Source: Octopus sinensis (Eukaryota). From it: a stretch of DNA of 64,000 bases. Shown here piece by piece: positions 1 through 13,507 of the stretch. Every line of letters starts with the position of its first letter. The stretch's first letter is position 1. The notes beneath the pieces were generated by a model. The model worked only from the letters and a program-made list of their open reading frames with translations. It was not told the DNA's origin and made no database searches. The stretch spans positions 55,738,001-55,802,000 of the forward strand of contig NC_043009.1 of assembly GCF_006345805.1 (NCBI RefSeq), in the 5' to 3' direction. Position numbers and translations under genes: made by a program.

Positions 1-165
1 TTATCTCTTGTGCAATTATAATTATCTCAAGTGCATGTATTAATTGCATTCAAAATATCATTACTTGATTTGACTTCATTATTATCTATGTATATATACA
101 TGCATATATGAGTGTGTGCGTGTGTGTTTACTTTATTATTGAAGCTGTGAAAACATCACACAAAT

Positions 166-217
166 ATCACAAAAAACTGCTACTCAGAGTTTCACGTTCT
201 CATTCATCAGTTGTGAT
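166..217 (-). ncRNA. Type I hammerhead-ribozyme-like motif, Penelope type
   Basis: AUCACAA-CUGAUGA-AUG(AGAA)CGU-GAAA-CUC(U)GAG-UA-GCAGUUUU-UUGUGAU: intact core, stems II and III; 7-bp stem I offset by 8 nt. Confidence 0.5.
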
Positions 218-809
218 CAAGAATAGAATAAAAATTGAGGTTGTACGTATAATGTATATTTTGATATGATGATTCACATTGACAGATACACATTTGAATT
301 TGACTGGTTGTTATTAATATCTATAAGCTTTATCAAACCATGGGTTAAAATGTTTTAAAACAAACTTACATTTATATTAATTAATCATTAATTTATTTAC
401 CGGTAATTAATTTACTCTGGACATGCATGATTTGTTTTTAACTCAAAATTTCTTTTTTACTCAAACTTTTTTTCCAATTCAAGGTTTTCTTTGATTTTAT
501 ACAACATAATATTTATGCAATTTTATTTTTTATTCTTTACTTTTAATTCTAATTTAATTTTAATTTTAATTTTATTTTCTACTTGAATATTTATTGTCTC
601 AGCCTGCATACTTCTGAAAGACTATCAGAGGAAACAACCAATTAAATTCAAACTTGTATCTGTCAATGTGAATCATATCAAAATATACATTATTCTTTTA
701 TTCTTTCACTTGTTTCAGTCAAACAAATCAGCTCAAAGACTTATTCTTTGTAAACCTAACCACTGGGCCATTGCGCCTCCACAGATAAATGTGCCTTTTT
801 AAAACCTAG

Positions 810-1037
810 CCAAGCTCATGGGCCTGGTTTCCCGGTTTCAATGGCGTATGTGTTCCCTAGCTGGACGGGACGCCTGTCCATCGTAGCGTTACTCATTTTT
901 GCCAGCTGAGTGGACTGGAGCAACGTGAATTGCAGTGTTTTGCTCAAGAACACAATGTGTTGCCTGGTCCAGGAATCAAAACCACAATCTTACAATCATG
1001 ATGCTGACACCCTAACCACTAAGCCACGCACCTCCAC
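810..1037 (-). mobile_element. tRNA-derived SINE, family S3 (Meta-SINE-like core)
   Basis: Minus strand begins GTGGAGGCGTGTGGCTTAGTGGTTAGGG (A box) ... GGTTTTGATTCC (B box); near-identical to 42644-42893 and 43818-44064. Confidence 0.8.
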
Positions 1038-3389
1038 TATATATAGTAATATGTATATATATATATATATTTTTGATGTAATTTTTACCAGTGTCTGATA
1101 AAGACAAAAGCAAAAATTGAGAATCTATCAATATATTTGATATTGATGTGAAAAATATTTTAAACTGTTAACTTGCAAATATTTTTATGCTTTCATGTAA
1201 AAGTATAACTTTTCTAACAAATTAGTTGTAGTGGTGGTTTTGGTGGTGGTGGTCAGAAGACTTTTAACTCTTTAGCATTTAGATTACTCTGCCAATCATA
1301 ATGCTGGTATTAAAAATATTATCGATGTGATTAACCCCAAGTCAGACCTGATCAAGCAGACTCATGATTAACCATTTAGCATTTAAACTGGCCTTATCAG
1401 GCCCTGTTCAAACCAGCCAGTTCCAGCCACTCACATCTACTCTGCAATGGCATTCTAAAAGTAAACAGTTGCTCCCTTCAAAATCTCAATGATAAGAGGC
1501 AAAGCATGGTTAATTCAAAACAATGTGAATAAGCAAGCATTATGTTTGGCAGAGTAATCTAATTGCTAAAGAGTTAAAAGCCTTCTGACCATGACTATCC
1601 TAGCTTTTCTCAGACATGTATGTAGGACTGCATAGTCCAATGCATCCTGTCTTTCTGGTTTTAAAATAGAAGTACTGTGTCATTTGAGGGCAAGTTAACT
1701 GTTATATCAGGTGAGCACAAAGAGGCTCTTTTTGTCAGCTCAAATGTTATAAATGTGAGAGACAGCTACTTATAGCTGAATTTAACTGTGACATGCATCA
1801 TCAGGTGATGATGTTTTGAAATGTTGTAACCTGTAATTAGTGCCATGTTGTGTGGGTCTATGGTTAAAAATGACCCTGGCCTCCTTCATAACATGCTGTG
1901 TTCAGTGCTGTGACTATTGTCAAGACATGGTTCAGTTCTTCTCCATAACATGCGTTGAGACTGAGTGCCTTGTTGTATGTGTCTATCATATGACATGATC
2001 CAGTCTCTCAAATAACTTCTAATTAGTGCCCATGTTTTGATTGTAATCAAGACATCACCTAACCCTCCTCCATAACCTGTTGTACTCAGTGCCTTTTTGT
2101 GCCTAGTCATGGCCCAGTTCTCCGTTAGCTTTAACAGACAAAATAACTTCAAATAACTTCAACAATGACAGCAAGTAAACATCAAGCATGAAATCTGAAC
2201 TAAAAATAAAGCTCTACATGGTCTTTCGTCGTGCTAGAAATAGTAGCCAAAACACTCTCGAATCATGACCAAACCCAACCAATTGACCTTTCATCATACA
2301 GAAGAGCTGAATGGTGATGGAACCTGTTCTAGTCAGCTCTGATGGATTATTCAAACCAGCATAAAACCCCCTTTAATATCCTAGATCTGCTGCCCTTCTA
2401 TCAGGACCACACCTGTGTGACATACCTGAGTACATGTTTGAATTATAAGAGACAGAACAAACCATTGAAGTGAGCCTCTCCAGCATCCAGGACTACATGT
2501 GTCTGTGGAGTACTCAGCCACTTGCATGTTTATTTCATGAGCAGACTGTTCCATCGATTGAATCAACTGGAACCCTTGTTGTCATAACTGATGAAGTGCC
2601 AGTTTTGGTCACAGCTCTGCTCAATTTGTGTTGACCTGGGGCTAAATAACAACACCAACAGCATAACAGTAACAAGTGGTGAATGGCTGCTGGCTTATAC
2701 CCAGTTATGTTATTTAAGCCCAGATTCCCTCTAATTAATGAGATCTATGATGCAAGATGTTCCAGCCTTGGCTATCCTACCTTTTTCTTCAGACTGTATG
2801 ATGGGATTTGAGGGAGATAAAGCTGCTATTTTTACCTGGTTCAGCAACCACCTTGTTCAGTGTATATAGTATTATTTAATAATGTAGTGGTGGTGGTGCT
2901 ACTGCTGCTGCTACGGCTGCTACTGCTGCTACTGCTGCTGGCGATGGCAGCAGTAGTGATAGGGGTTGTAGTGGCAATGGTAGTGGTGGTAGTAGTGTTC
3001 AGTAGTGGCAATTGTTATGGAGGTAAGAGAGATGCAGAGGTGGCAATTGTCATGGTGCTGGTGACAATAGTGAAGGTGGTTGTGGTGGCAGTGGTAGTGT
3101 ATTAGTGGCTGTAGCCATGGTGATGGTGTCGTGGCAGTGGTGTGGGCAGGAAATGATAATAATGGTGATAATGATGATGTTAATAGTTGTAAGATGTGTA
3201 AGGTGTTGTGTGGCTCATGCTGCTGCTGTTGATGATGTAGTGGTATTGTGTGAGTAGTGATGATAATGTACAAAGGTAAGGTGTTATTTGTGATGATGTA
3301 TAGTGATGATTATGATGATGATGATGATATTTAATGTGTTGTTGCTCCTTAAAAATATTGGGTGACATAGACGAGCGACCATATATATT

Positions 3390-3485
3390 TGTATGTATGT
3401 ATGTATGTATGTATGTATGTATGTATGTATGTATGTATGTATGTATGTATGTATGTATGTATGTATGTATGTATGTATGTATGTA
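3390..3485. repeat. (TATG)n microsatellite (similar arrays at 9163-9259, 16838-16935, 18190-18260)
   Basis: Directly visible. Confidence 0.95.
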
Positions 3486-4360
3486 TCATCATCATCGTTT
3501 AACGTCTGTTTTTCATGCTGGCATGGGCTGGACAGTTTGACTGGAGACTGGTAAGCCAGGAGGCCACACCAGGCTCCAATCTGATCTGGCAAAGTTTCTA
3601 CAGCTGGATGCTCTTCCTAACGCCAACCACTCCAAGAGTGTTGTGGGTGCTTTTTACGTGCCTCCTGCATGGGAGCCAGTCAGGTGGCATTGGCATCAGC
3701 CATTTTCAGATAGTGCTTTTTACATGCCACCAGCACAGGAGCTAGTCTGGGCAGAGGGGCTGGCATCAACCACATTCAGACGGTGCTTTATACATGCCAC
3801 CGGCATGGGGAGCTAGTCAGGCGGCTCTGGCAGTAACCCATACATGAATGAATGGTGCTTATCACATGCCACCAGCACTGGTAACAGCCACAACTACAAT
3901 TTCCATTTGATTGTGATTTGATTTGATTTTTGATTTTACTTGACTCAACAGGTCTCCTCAAGCATGGTGTGTTGCACGACAATTCAAAGATACTTTTTAA
4001 AAGGCTGATTATGCGACACTAGCATAAGCCACGGCTGTGATCTCTACTTGCCGGGCCTTCTCAATCACAGCATACCTCCAGAGGTCTCGGTCTCTTGTCA
4101 TTGCCTCTGTGAGGCCCAACGTTTGAAGGTTGTGCTTCACCACCTCATCCCATGTCTTCCTGGGTCTCTTCCATGGGTTCCTTCCACTGTTAAGGAGTGA
4201 CACTTCTTCACACAGCTCTCCTCATCCATATGTAGCACATGACCATACCAACACAGACGTCTCTCTTGCACACCACATCTGATGCTTCTTATGTCCAACA
4301 TTTCTCTCAGGGAGTTTACACTCTGTCATGTGTGCACACTGACATTACACATCCAGCGGA
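3484..4360 (-). mobile_element. RTE-type LINE 3' end: ORF C-terminus, repeat-containing 3' UTR and (GAT)n tail
   Basis: Minus-strand translation RPRKTWDEVVKHNLQTLGLTEAMTRDRDLWRYAV; UTR matches many short copies elsewhere in the window. Confidence 0.8.
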
Positions 4361-4502
4361 CGTGTAATTATAGAAAACTATAATTGCCACTAAATGTGAC
4401 TAGAGTGTTATAAACACCTACATTGCTAGAAATAAGAGCTAAAATACTCTAATGTTGCAGTCAAAGCACATAATTGTATACATATGTACTGACAGGGACT
4501 GT

Positions 4503-4556
<54 letters not shown>

Positions 4557-4570
4557 TGACAGACAGACAA

Positions 4571-4616
<46 letters not shown>

Positions 4617-4667
4617 TGAAAATAGATAGATAGATAGATAGATGGAAATGCATGTGTGTGTGTGTGT

Positions 4668-4701
<34 letters not shown>
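4503..4701. repeat. (GATA)n/(GACA)n followed by (TG)n
   Basis: Directly visible. Confidence 0.95.
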
Positions 4702-4703
<2 letters not shown>

Positions 4704-5689
4704 TTACATATCTGACATGACATATCCATTATGTAAATTTGGTCATTTGCATGAATGAGTCAGTACTTTTACAGGTGGAATACATTTAAGAATTGATGTG
4801 CTTGTGTAAGCATGAAAATACAATAGATTTATGAATGTAACATCTCTACGAAATGTATAGGTGCATATGTGTATGTAATATATTTTCGTATATGTATGTA
4901 ATGCATCTATGTTAATATGTATGCGTGTGTATGTGTGTGTGTGCTGTTTTATTTTCATGACTGTTTTGCCAGTAGAGTAAAAGCTGGTTACTAACCCAGA
5001 AACAAGGCTCTTTTATTGAAGTAAACAACACAGACAGGGTAGAAATGTATGCATGTATCTGTATATATATATATATATGTGTGTGCATATATATATTATG
5101 TGTGTGGATTTGTATATTTTGAATAATGTGTGAACACTTATGTTTTCCATATGTCTATACATGTGAATATATGTACATAATACAGACTAAACTTCTAAAA
5201 CATTTCCATATTTCCACAGTTCCATTAGTGGCTTGTAATTGTAATATATTAATTAACTCTGTCTTTTCTGATTTTTACTGTAGCTTAGCCTCTCACAACT
5301 GGTGATGAGGCGGTTAGTTACGTAATCGCACACGTCAATAATCACATGCATGAATCTAAAGCTATGTTGCAAATATAATATCTGCAGATTTCTAACTAAC
5401 TTGGAATAAACTTTTACTTTTATCTTTCACATTATGTGGATATCTGTTAGATAACTGATTTCCACTACTGTGTGCATTTTATCCCCTGTTCGTTATGTCT
5501 GCTCTGTTGTGCTAATGTTTTACAGATGGTTTGACAAGAACATTTCACCAGTATATTTTCATACTACATATGTGTATACCATCTGTATAACTGCTATATT
5601 TTAATCTTCAGAGCTATGCCTTCTACAAGTTTCACTGCTTCTAAAGTTCTGGCCATGACATCATGTGTCACATGCAAATCATCCTCATC

Positions 5690-5960
5690 ATTATCATCAT
5701 CATCATCATCATTTAACATCCATTGTCCATGCTGGCATGAGGTGGGTGGGTTGACCAGAGCTGACAAGCTGGAAGGCTGCACCAGACTCCAGTCTGATTT
5801 GACATGGTTTTCTATGGCTGGATACCCTTCCTAACACCAACCATTCCAAGAGTGTAATGGGTTCTTTTACATGCCACCAGCATGGGTGCCATTTGTATGA
5901 CGCCAGTATCTGCCATGACTGCAATTTTACTTGTCTTGATGGGTCTTCTTCTCAAGCACA
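5690..5960 (-). mobile_element. Short 3'-UTR copy of the RTE family (further copies near 12900-13225, 23470-23625, 24500-24660, 25570-25735, 37195-37420, 40058-40320, 62490-62720)
   Basis: Shared CATCATCATTTAACGTC...GGATGCCCTTCCTAACGCCAACCACTCC string. Confidence 0.75.
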
Positions 5961-6083
5961 ATATAATGCCAAGGTCTTGGCATCATAATTTTGGACAGTT
6001 CTTTATGATATTGGACATAACTTCAGAGTTCATTCTACAGAATTCACACCAGTTACTACGTCTAAATATTTTATGTGCATTCC

Positions 6084-6497
6084 TATTCCTTTATTGCCCA
6101 CAAGGGGCTAAACATAGAGGGGACAAACAAGGACAGACAAACAGATTAAGTCAATTACATCGACCCCAGTGCGTAACTGGTACTTAATTTATCGACCCCG
6201 AAAGGATGAAATGCAAAGTCGACCTCGGCAGAATTTGAACTCAGAACATAAAGACAGAAGAAATACCTATTTCTTTACTACCCACAAGGGGCTAAACACA
6301 GAGGACAAACAAGGACAGACAAACAGATTAAGTCGATTATATCGACCCCAGTACATAACTGGTACTTAATTTATCGACCCCGAAAGGATGAAAGGCAAAG
6401 TCGACCTCGGCGGAATTTGAACTCAGAACATAAAGACAGACGAAATACCACTGAGCATTTCGCCCGGTGTGCTAACGTTTCTGCCAGCTCACCGCCT
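6084..6497 (-). mobile_element. SINE family S2, full copy plus duplicated 3' ~180 bp, one 17-bp TSD
   Basis: Head GGCGGTGAGCTGGCAGAAACGTTAGC; TSD TATTTTATGTGCATTCC at 6067-6083 and 6498-6514. Confidence 0.85.
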
Positions 6498-6885
6498 TAT
6501 TTTATGTGCATTCCAGTCATCTGTGTGCATCATGTATAATGTTGCTATTTCTTTGATAATAAAACGAATGTAAGATATGTATATATCAAGTGTGGGGTTT
6601 ATGTAAGCTGAGGAAGGAGGTACGATGTGCTGACATACCGCACACAATACTTTGTAAGTTTGTGCTAACAGACTGAAATCTTCACTCGTTTTCAGTATTA
6701 TTAATATATTATTAGAAAGAATTGCTGTGCTCATCCAACTGTCAGGTCCTATGACACTTGGTCTCTTATCTGTAAAGCTGCTGCATTACATGCAGGGCAA
6801 TTTTGTTTTTTGATACATTTAAAGTACATCCTACACTGGCAAATTCATCATTCATTTATATATCATGCAAGCATGTGTGTACCCA

Positions 6886-6944
6886 GACACACACACACAC
6901 ACGCACACACACACACACACTCACTCACACACACAAACACATGC

Positions 6945-6975
<31 letters not shown>

Positions 6976-7203
6976 AACACACACACACACACACAAGAAC
7001 ACACACACACACACACACACAAACAGACACATACGCGCACACACACACACAAACACACACACACACACACAAGAACACACACACACACACAAACACACAT
7101 ACGCGCACACACACACACTCACACACACACACTCACACACACACAGAGACACGCACACAGACACACTCACACACACACACACACACCACACACACACACA
7201 CAA
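6886..7203. repeat. Compound (CA)n microsatellite
   Basis: Directly visible. Confidence 0.95.
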
Positions 7204-8202
7204 CGCACTCACATGCATGAGTAAATCTTCGATTTTCCAGTCTCTGGTTTTTCAGGCTTGGTGGATTGATTTGTTTTGCAGGATCAGATGTGATTACCTC
7301 AATATTCTGTCTCTATGCTTATTAATAGCTCTAGATGAACCAATACCATAGATATCACACGGGTTTTGTACTGAAATACCATGGTTCACTATCTTCAACA
7401 CTCCTACAGTTTTACTTTATCTTAGATCAATATGAATTGGTGTTTACACTTGACACTACTATTAACACTCTCAGTTCTCTTATCTATATTAACCATAGCT
7501 AAGAATGACTTTAAGCTAAACAAGCAGAGGATATCTCAGCATTTTGGTATAGCCACTAACACAAAGCACTGTAAATATCCTATTTAAGTACATGGTGCAC
7601 ACAAAAGATTTGGTGGTCATGTAGTGAACATGAATGGCTACCACAGGAATTTTAAATCCTCCCTTGTAATTTTTCTGCATTTTTATTTAATCAGGCAGGT
7701 ATTTACAACATCAGTTAATATTTATGCACCTTTTTTTTCAGTATCAGAGGCCCTGAATTCTTACTTGAGCATGTGACTGGCTGTGAGTATGTGCCACTGA
7801 AAAAGTATCCCCCCAAAAAGGTCCAGAAAGGCTGAAAAGCATCTGATGTTCTTGCTGACCTTGGCTGGGATGAATTTTTATCTTCTTTGGGTATTTATTA
7901 TGTTTTTAACACAGCATGTCCTTAAGAGCTGTTATCTCAGGGCAAATACCACAGTAACTGGCCTATCAACAGTGTATACATTAATTATGATATCTAGATG
8001 ATTTGGTTGGTGTCAGAGTGCATAGTAAAACCACTGGGAGTGAGGGACCACTAGCTATTGTCACAGCATCCTTCTAGGAGAGGGACACTGATATAAAACC
8101 TGAAGTGTCATGTGATTACTTGTCATCTTACTTCAGCTTGTCTCTAGCTATAATCATGGACACTCAAAGAATGGTACTTGTGTTGTATAAAAGTTTATCA
8201 CT

Positions 8203-8430
8203 TTAACCCTTTCATTACTGTATTTATTTTGAGAAGCTCTGTGTTTCTTTCAATTACTTTAAATATAACAAAGAATTTAGTAAAATAACTTAGTTATCAT
8301 TGAACTAGTGTTAGGAACATAAATTTTGACTAAGGTTTGGTGGAAGATTTTTATTCAAAACTTATGGAAGCAAGACATTTGTACTCAAAGCCAGAGCCGG
8401 TTTCAGCCAAGTTGGTAACGAAATGGTTAA
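8203..8430. mobile_element. piggyBac-type (TTAA) MITE
   Basis: TTAA-CCCTTTCATTAC ... GTAACGAAATGG-TTAA. Confidence 0.7.
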
Positions 8431-8977
8431 TCCAATTATGTACAGGTGTCTCTTTATGGTGACCTTATTTGTCATTCCATCTACTGAAAGTTCTATGATT
8501 TTGGAAAAGTGGTGGTGTGTGCAAACCTAACCAGTTGGAAGAGCACAATGAGTTATAACTTTTGTCTGTTATCTAAGTTTCAAGCCATACAGATCTGCAG
8601 TGGTATGGAATTGTCATCAGAGGGATGATGGACAGAAAGTGAGAAGGGCCATCGACAATGAAGAAGCACAAGGAGATGGCAATCATCTGGGAAGATGGAG
8701 CAATCGCACAGAATTAATGTGTCAAAGAAAAATACCTGGTGGTTTTTGGTTAAGTTCTGTGATGTTCAATCCACACCTCTATAACCCAGGTTGATTTTGC
8801 CCTTCCAAGTCACAAAGTCGATAAAATAAATAGAATAAAAATATTCTAATGAGGTGATATAACTGGCTATAACTCTTGAAAGTGGTGCCCCAGAATGTCC
8901 ACTGTCAAATGATCAATGTCAGTAAAAGAACAGAAAGAATATAAAATAGGAACAGGTGCCAATATTTGAAATGATAT

Positions 8978-9277
8978 GGTTGGTATGATTGTGTGGTGAG
9001 AAGCTTGCTTCCCAACCACATGGTTCTGGGTTCAGTCCTACTGTGTGGCACCTTGGGCAAGTGTCTTCTACTATAGCCTTGGGCCAACCAAAGCCTTGTG
9101 AGTGGATTTTGGTAGACAGAAACTGAAAGAAGCCCATCACACACACACATATAATACACGTGTGTATGTATGTATGTATGTATGTATGTATGTATGTATG
9201 TATGTATGTATGTATGTATGTATGTATGTATGTATGTATGTATGTATGTATGTATGTATGGATGGATGGATATATAC

Positions 9278-9329
<52 letters not shown>

Positions 9330-9900
9330 TGTGTGTATGTATATATGTATATATATATCTATCTATATATATATAGAGAGAGAGAGAAAGAGAGAGAGAG
9401 AAATAAGAAAATGGAGGTGATCAATAGGTGGTATTCATCAACTTTTAGACATTATATTATGTCAATTTATTTATTTATTTACTAATTTACTAAAATGACA
9501 ATTATAACAATATACATACATGTATAACATATTATGCTTTACATATATAATATATAAAGCTATCAGTAATTATCAAAATATATAACATATATATATAATG
9601 GTGGTGCCCCAGCATGGCCACAGCTCATGAGCTGAAACTGGAAAAATCAAAATCAAAATCATATATATACATGTGTGTGCATGCGCACACGTGTGTGTGT
9701 GTATTTGTGTTTGTCCCCTACTATTGTTTGACTACTGATGTTGGTGTATTTACATCCCCATAGCCTAGTGGTTCAGCAAAAGAAACTGATAGGATAAGTG
9801 CTAGTTTTTTTTAAAAAATATAAATACTGGGATTGATTCATTCTCCAAGGTGGTGCTCCAGCATGGCCACTGTCTAATGACTGAAACAAGTAAAAGATAG
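8978..9900 (+). mobile_element. SINE family S1 split by expanded microsatellites (8978-9137 and about 9695-9900)
   Basis: Both halves match 59729-60161. Confidence 0.65.
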
Positions 9901-10561
9901 AAGCTAGTTTTCTGAACTAGTGTTTTGTGTCTGACAATAGATATTGTTGATGTCAAGTACTTATTTTTGAAATATTTTCTCAACCTCTATTAACTGACTT
10001 GGGCTCATTAAAAATACAACCAAGAAAAGGAAAAGGAAGTGAAAAAGAAAATAACATAGTAAAAAGAAGAGAGTTTTATATAAAAATAGTAATTAGTATA
10101 AGAGGACCAAATCAACATTGTGTCACTGTTTCTGAAAATAAACTACATAAAGCTAAGCTGTATAAAAACCAACACCATGTCATTCACTAATTATAGAGAG
10201 CAATTAATAAATTATGATGAGACACAAATGAATTAAAGGTGTATTTGGTCGTGAAAATAGTAAAAATTAAAGAGAAGAAATAAATATAGACACTTAATGA
10301 ATATAAATACAGACACATAAGAGAAAAGTTTTAGATTAGTAATTATGCTTTTAGTGGCAGAAATGGTTGGATATAAGAATAAATACCTTTCGTTATTTTG
10401 TTACTTTTATTGATGTTCCGAGTTCGAATCCAACAAATGTTAACTTTACCGTTAAACTTTGGTGGCGGGGTTGATAATATATCTGCTAGTCAAGTACCGA
10501 GGATTGATTCAAGTGAGTTATTACTATGCCAAGTAATTTGAGATGTGTACCAATGCAAGAA

Positions 10562-10580
10562 ATTATCATTATTATTATTA

Positions 10581-10626
<46 letters not shown>

Positions 10627-10646
10627 CATTATTATTATTATTATTA

Positions 10647-10692
<46 letters not shown>

Positions 10693-10712
10693 CATTATTA
10701 TTATTATTATTA

Positions 10713-10745
<33 letters not shown>

Positions 10746-10813
10746 TATTATCATTATATTATTATTATTATTATTATTATTATATTATTATTATCATTAT
10801 TATTTTATTATTA

Positions 10814-10856
<43 letters not shown>

Positions 10857-10919
10857 CATTATTATTATTATTATTATCATATTATTATTATTATTATTAT
10901 TATTATTATCATTATTATT

Positions 10920-10950
<31 letters not shown>

Positions 10951-11100
10951 TATTATTATTATTATTATCATTATTATTATTATTATTATCATTATTATTA
11001 TTATTGTTGTTGTCGTCATTGTCATCGTCGTCGTCGTCGTCGTCGTCATCATCATCATCATCAATCATATCATCATCATCATTATTATTATTATAATTAT
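10562..11100. repeat. ~540-bp (ATT)n microsatellite with ATC/GTC variants
   Basis: Directly visible. Confidence 0.97.
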
Positions 11101-11310
11101 TAAGGCAGCAAGCTGGCAGAATCATTAGCATGCTGGGAAAAATGCTTAGTGGTGTTTCTCCCTTTGCTATGATCAGAGATCAAGCTCTACCAAGGTTGAC
11201 TTTGCCTTTCATCCTTTAAGGGTCGATAAATTAAGTACCAGTGAAACACTGGGGTCGATGTAATCAACTTATCTCCTCCCACAAAAGTGCTGCCCTTGTT
11301 ATCATTATTA
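11100..11310 (+). mobile_element. Older S2-related SINE (second copy at 11640-11865)
   Basis: GGCAGCAAGCTGGCAGAATCATTAGC head and GACTTTGCCTTTCATCC core; ATT tail. Confidence 0.65.
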
Positions 11311-11585
11311 TTATTATTATTCTATGTTTGACTTTTGCTTTATATTTGTACAAGTTGGCTCCAAGTCTCACCCAGAGACCTCAAGAGACAACAGGTTGGA
11401 AGTTCATGTTGTTGTTATGCCTAGTGTGCCATATATTTGTTTTTTTTTTTTTGGTGTTGTACTAGTGAATGTCTAAAAAAAAAAAGATGAAGAAGAACCG
11501 AAAATTATGTTTGTTTTAAACCTTGAGATTACATAAAAAGTATTTTGTATAGGATATGAGCAGTTCCCATGAGCACTATCTTTTG

Positions 11586-11641
<56 letters not shown>

Positions 11642-12677
11642 GGTGGCAAGCTGGCAGAATTGTTAGCATGCCAAGTAAAATGCTTAGCATCATTTTGTCT
11701 GTCCTTACATTCTGAGCTCAAATTCCACCAAAGTTGACTTTGTCTTTCATTCTTTTGGGGGTCAATAAATTAAGTACTAGTGGAACACTGGGGTTGATAT
11801 AATCAACTAGCCCCCAACCCCAAAATTTCAGGCCTTGTGTCTATAGTAGAAATGATTATTATTATTATGTCTGGAAATATGAAGTTCTTGAGAAGACCTG
11901 TCCATGTCAGCGAAACTGAGTTCTAAAAGTACCTACTGTGTCCCACCCACACTTAACAAGAAAAATTCTCACACACTCTACCACAACAAACTGAACTACA
12001 TCTCTACATCCCTTCTCTTCCTCACATTTCCACTTCATGCACTATGCTTACCTCCCACTCTCCAATCTTGTTCTCTTGACCTGTGCCACTGTATCATTGC
12101 TCTCTGCTAGCCCCACCACCAACCTGTGTGTTCTACCCACACACCCTATCTCTCTGTATCCTTATCTGCTAGCCTCTGACCTGTGTGTTCCACCCACATG
12201 TAACAAGAAAACTTTTCCTTCACCCTACACCAACAAACCAATCTACATCTCCACATCTCTTCTTCACATTTCCTCCTTCATACACTATACCTAGCTCTCA
12301 CTCCTTAATCCTGTCCTCACGGACTTGTTCCTCTGTATCATTGCTGTCCAGTGGCCCCGACTCTAAATATACCCAGGTTTTTTGCCACTCACTGCTGCCC
12401 TCCACACTCTTTAATCACGCTTCCTTTGCAATATCCTGCCAATTATAGCATTCAAACCTCAAGGGTATGCCCTGGTACTTGCCACCATCTATATCGCTCT
12501 CTTCCTTTGCTCAACCATCCCATTTATATTCTGATCCCCATCCCTTAATATGTCTAGCATTTTGCCACCATCTCTACCCTGTTGTCTCCCACTCTCTCTC
12601 ATCTTATCCTGCATTTCCCCCAGGTTGGGTAACCATGTTTTTTTTCTTTTGAGGTAGCGCACCTGTTTCTGTCTTCA

Positions 12678-12716
<39 letters not shown>

Positions 12717-13507
12717 TCTCTCTCTCTCTCCCTCTCTCCCTCTCTCTCTCTCTCCCTCTCTCTCTCTTGCCAGGTAACCTTGTACTTCCTCTACAGCAAG
12801 ACACCTGTTTCTGTCTTACTATAGCCTTTCATCACCTGACAACATCACCTCCTCCAATGCCTTCTCCCCTCTCAAAAGAGATTTTTTTTTTCTTGCAAAT
12901 ACTTGGTGACTCTATCAGTACCAGTACCACTTAAAAGCACCAAGTCCACTCTGCTGAGTGGTTGGCATTTGGAAGGACATCAAGCTGTAAAAACCTTGCC
13001 AAAAATAACCTTGCCTGTGTTAGTGCCACATAAAAAGCACTGAGTTCACTCTGATGAGTGGTTGGTGATAGGAAGGGCATCCAGCTGTAAAAATCCTGCC
13101 AAAACAGTCAAAGAAGTCTGGTGCAGGCTTCTGCCTGGCCAGCTCTTGTCAAACCGTCACACCTATGTCAGCATGGAAGGCAAACATTAAACAATGACGA
13201 TGATGATGATGATGATGAGGATGATGTGGCCAATAAAAGAAATCATTAATGAGTAAGAGAGCAACGTGTACCATCAAAGTTACACTGGGGTACAAATACG
13301 TAAAGCCCAAAATATCCATCATGACTACTTGTCTGATAAGGGTACACCAGGCACGTGTGTCACAATCATATGTGTGCGACAGTGAAAACCATTTTTCAGG
13401 AGGCTAAACCTCATTAAGGAGATGACAGGGGATTGCAATAAGAGAAAAGAAAAGGACAAAAAAAATCCTCATCCAGACCATGCTGGCATAGAAAGGTAGA
13501 CATAAAA

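Noticed and set aside
2586-2620. CTGATGA followed by a small hairpin
   Set aside because: No GAAA or stem III; it is the decayed tail of an S4-like SINE.
4960-5690. Several AG acceptors with short open frames (near 4973, 5288, 5524, 5606) as micro-exons
   Set aside because: Could not be chained into a recognisable protein; expected by chance in AT-rich DNA.
10526-11128. Long ORFs of poly-I/poly-Y/poly-L (likewise the HT/CV, MYVC and MMI ORFs at 6803-7351, 8905-9420, 13508-13927, 27640-28361)
   Set aside because: They are translations of stop-free microsatellites, with no splice or homology support.
11900-12650. Diverged ~250-bp duplication with pyrimidine-rich ORFs
   Set aside because: Looks like old repeat debris (part recurs at 14143-14240); no family-diagnostic motif could be read.
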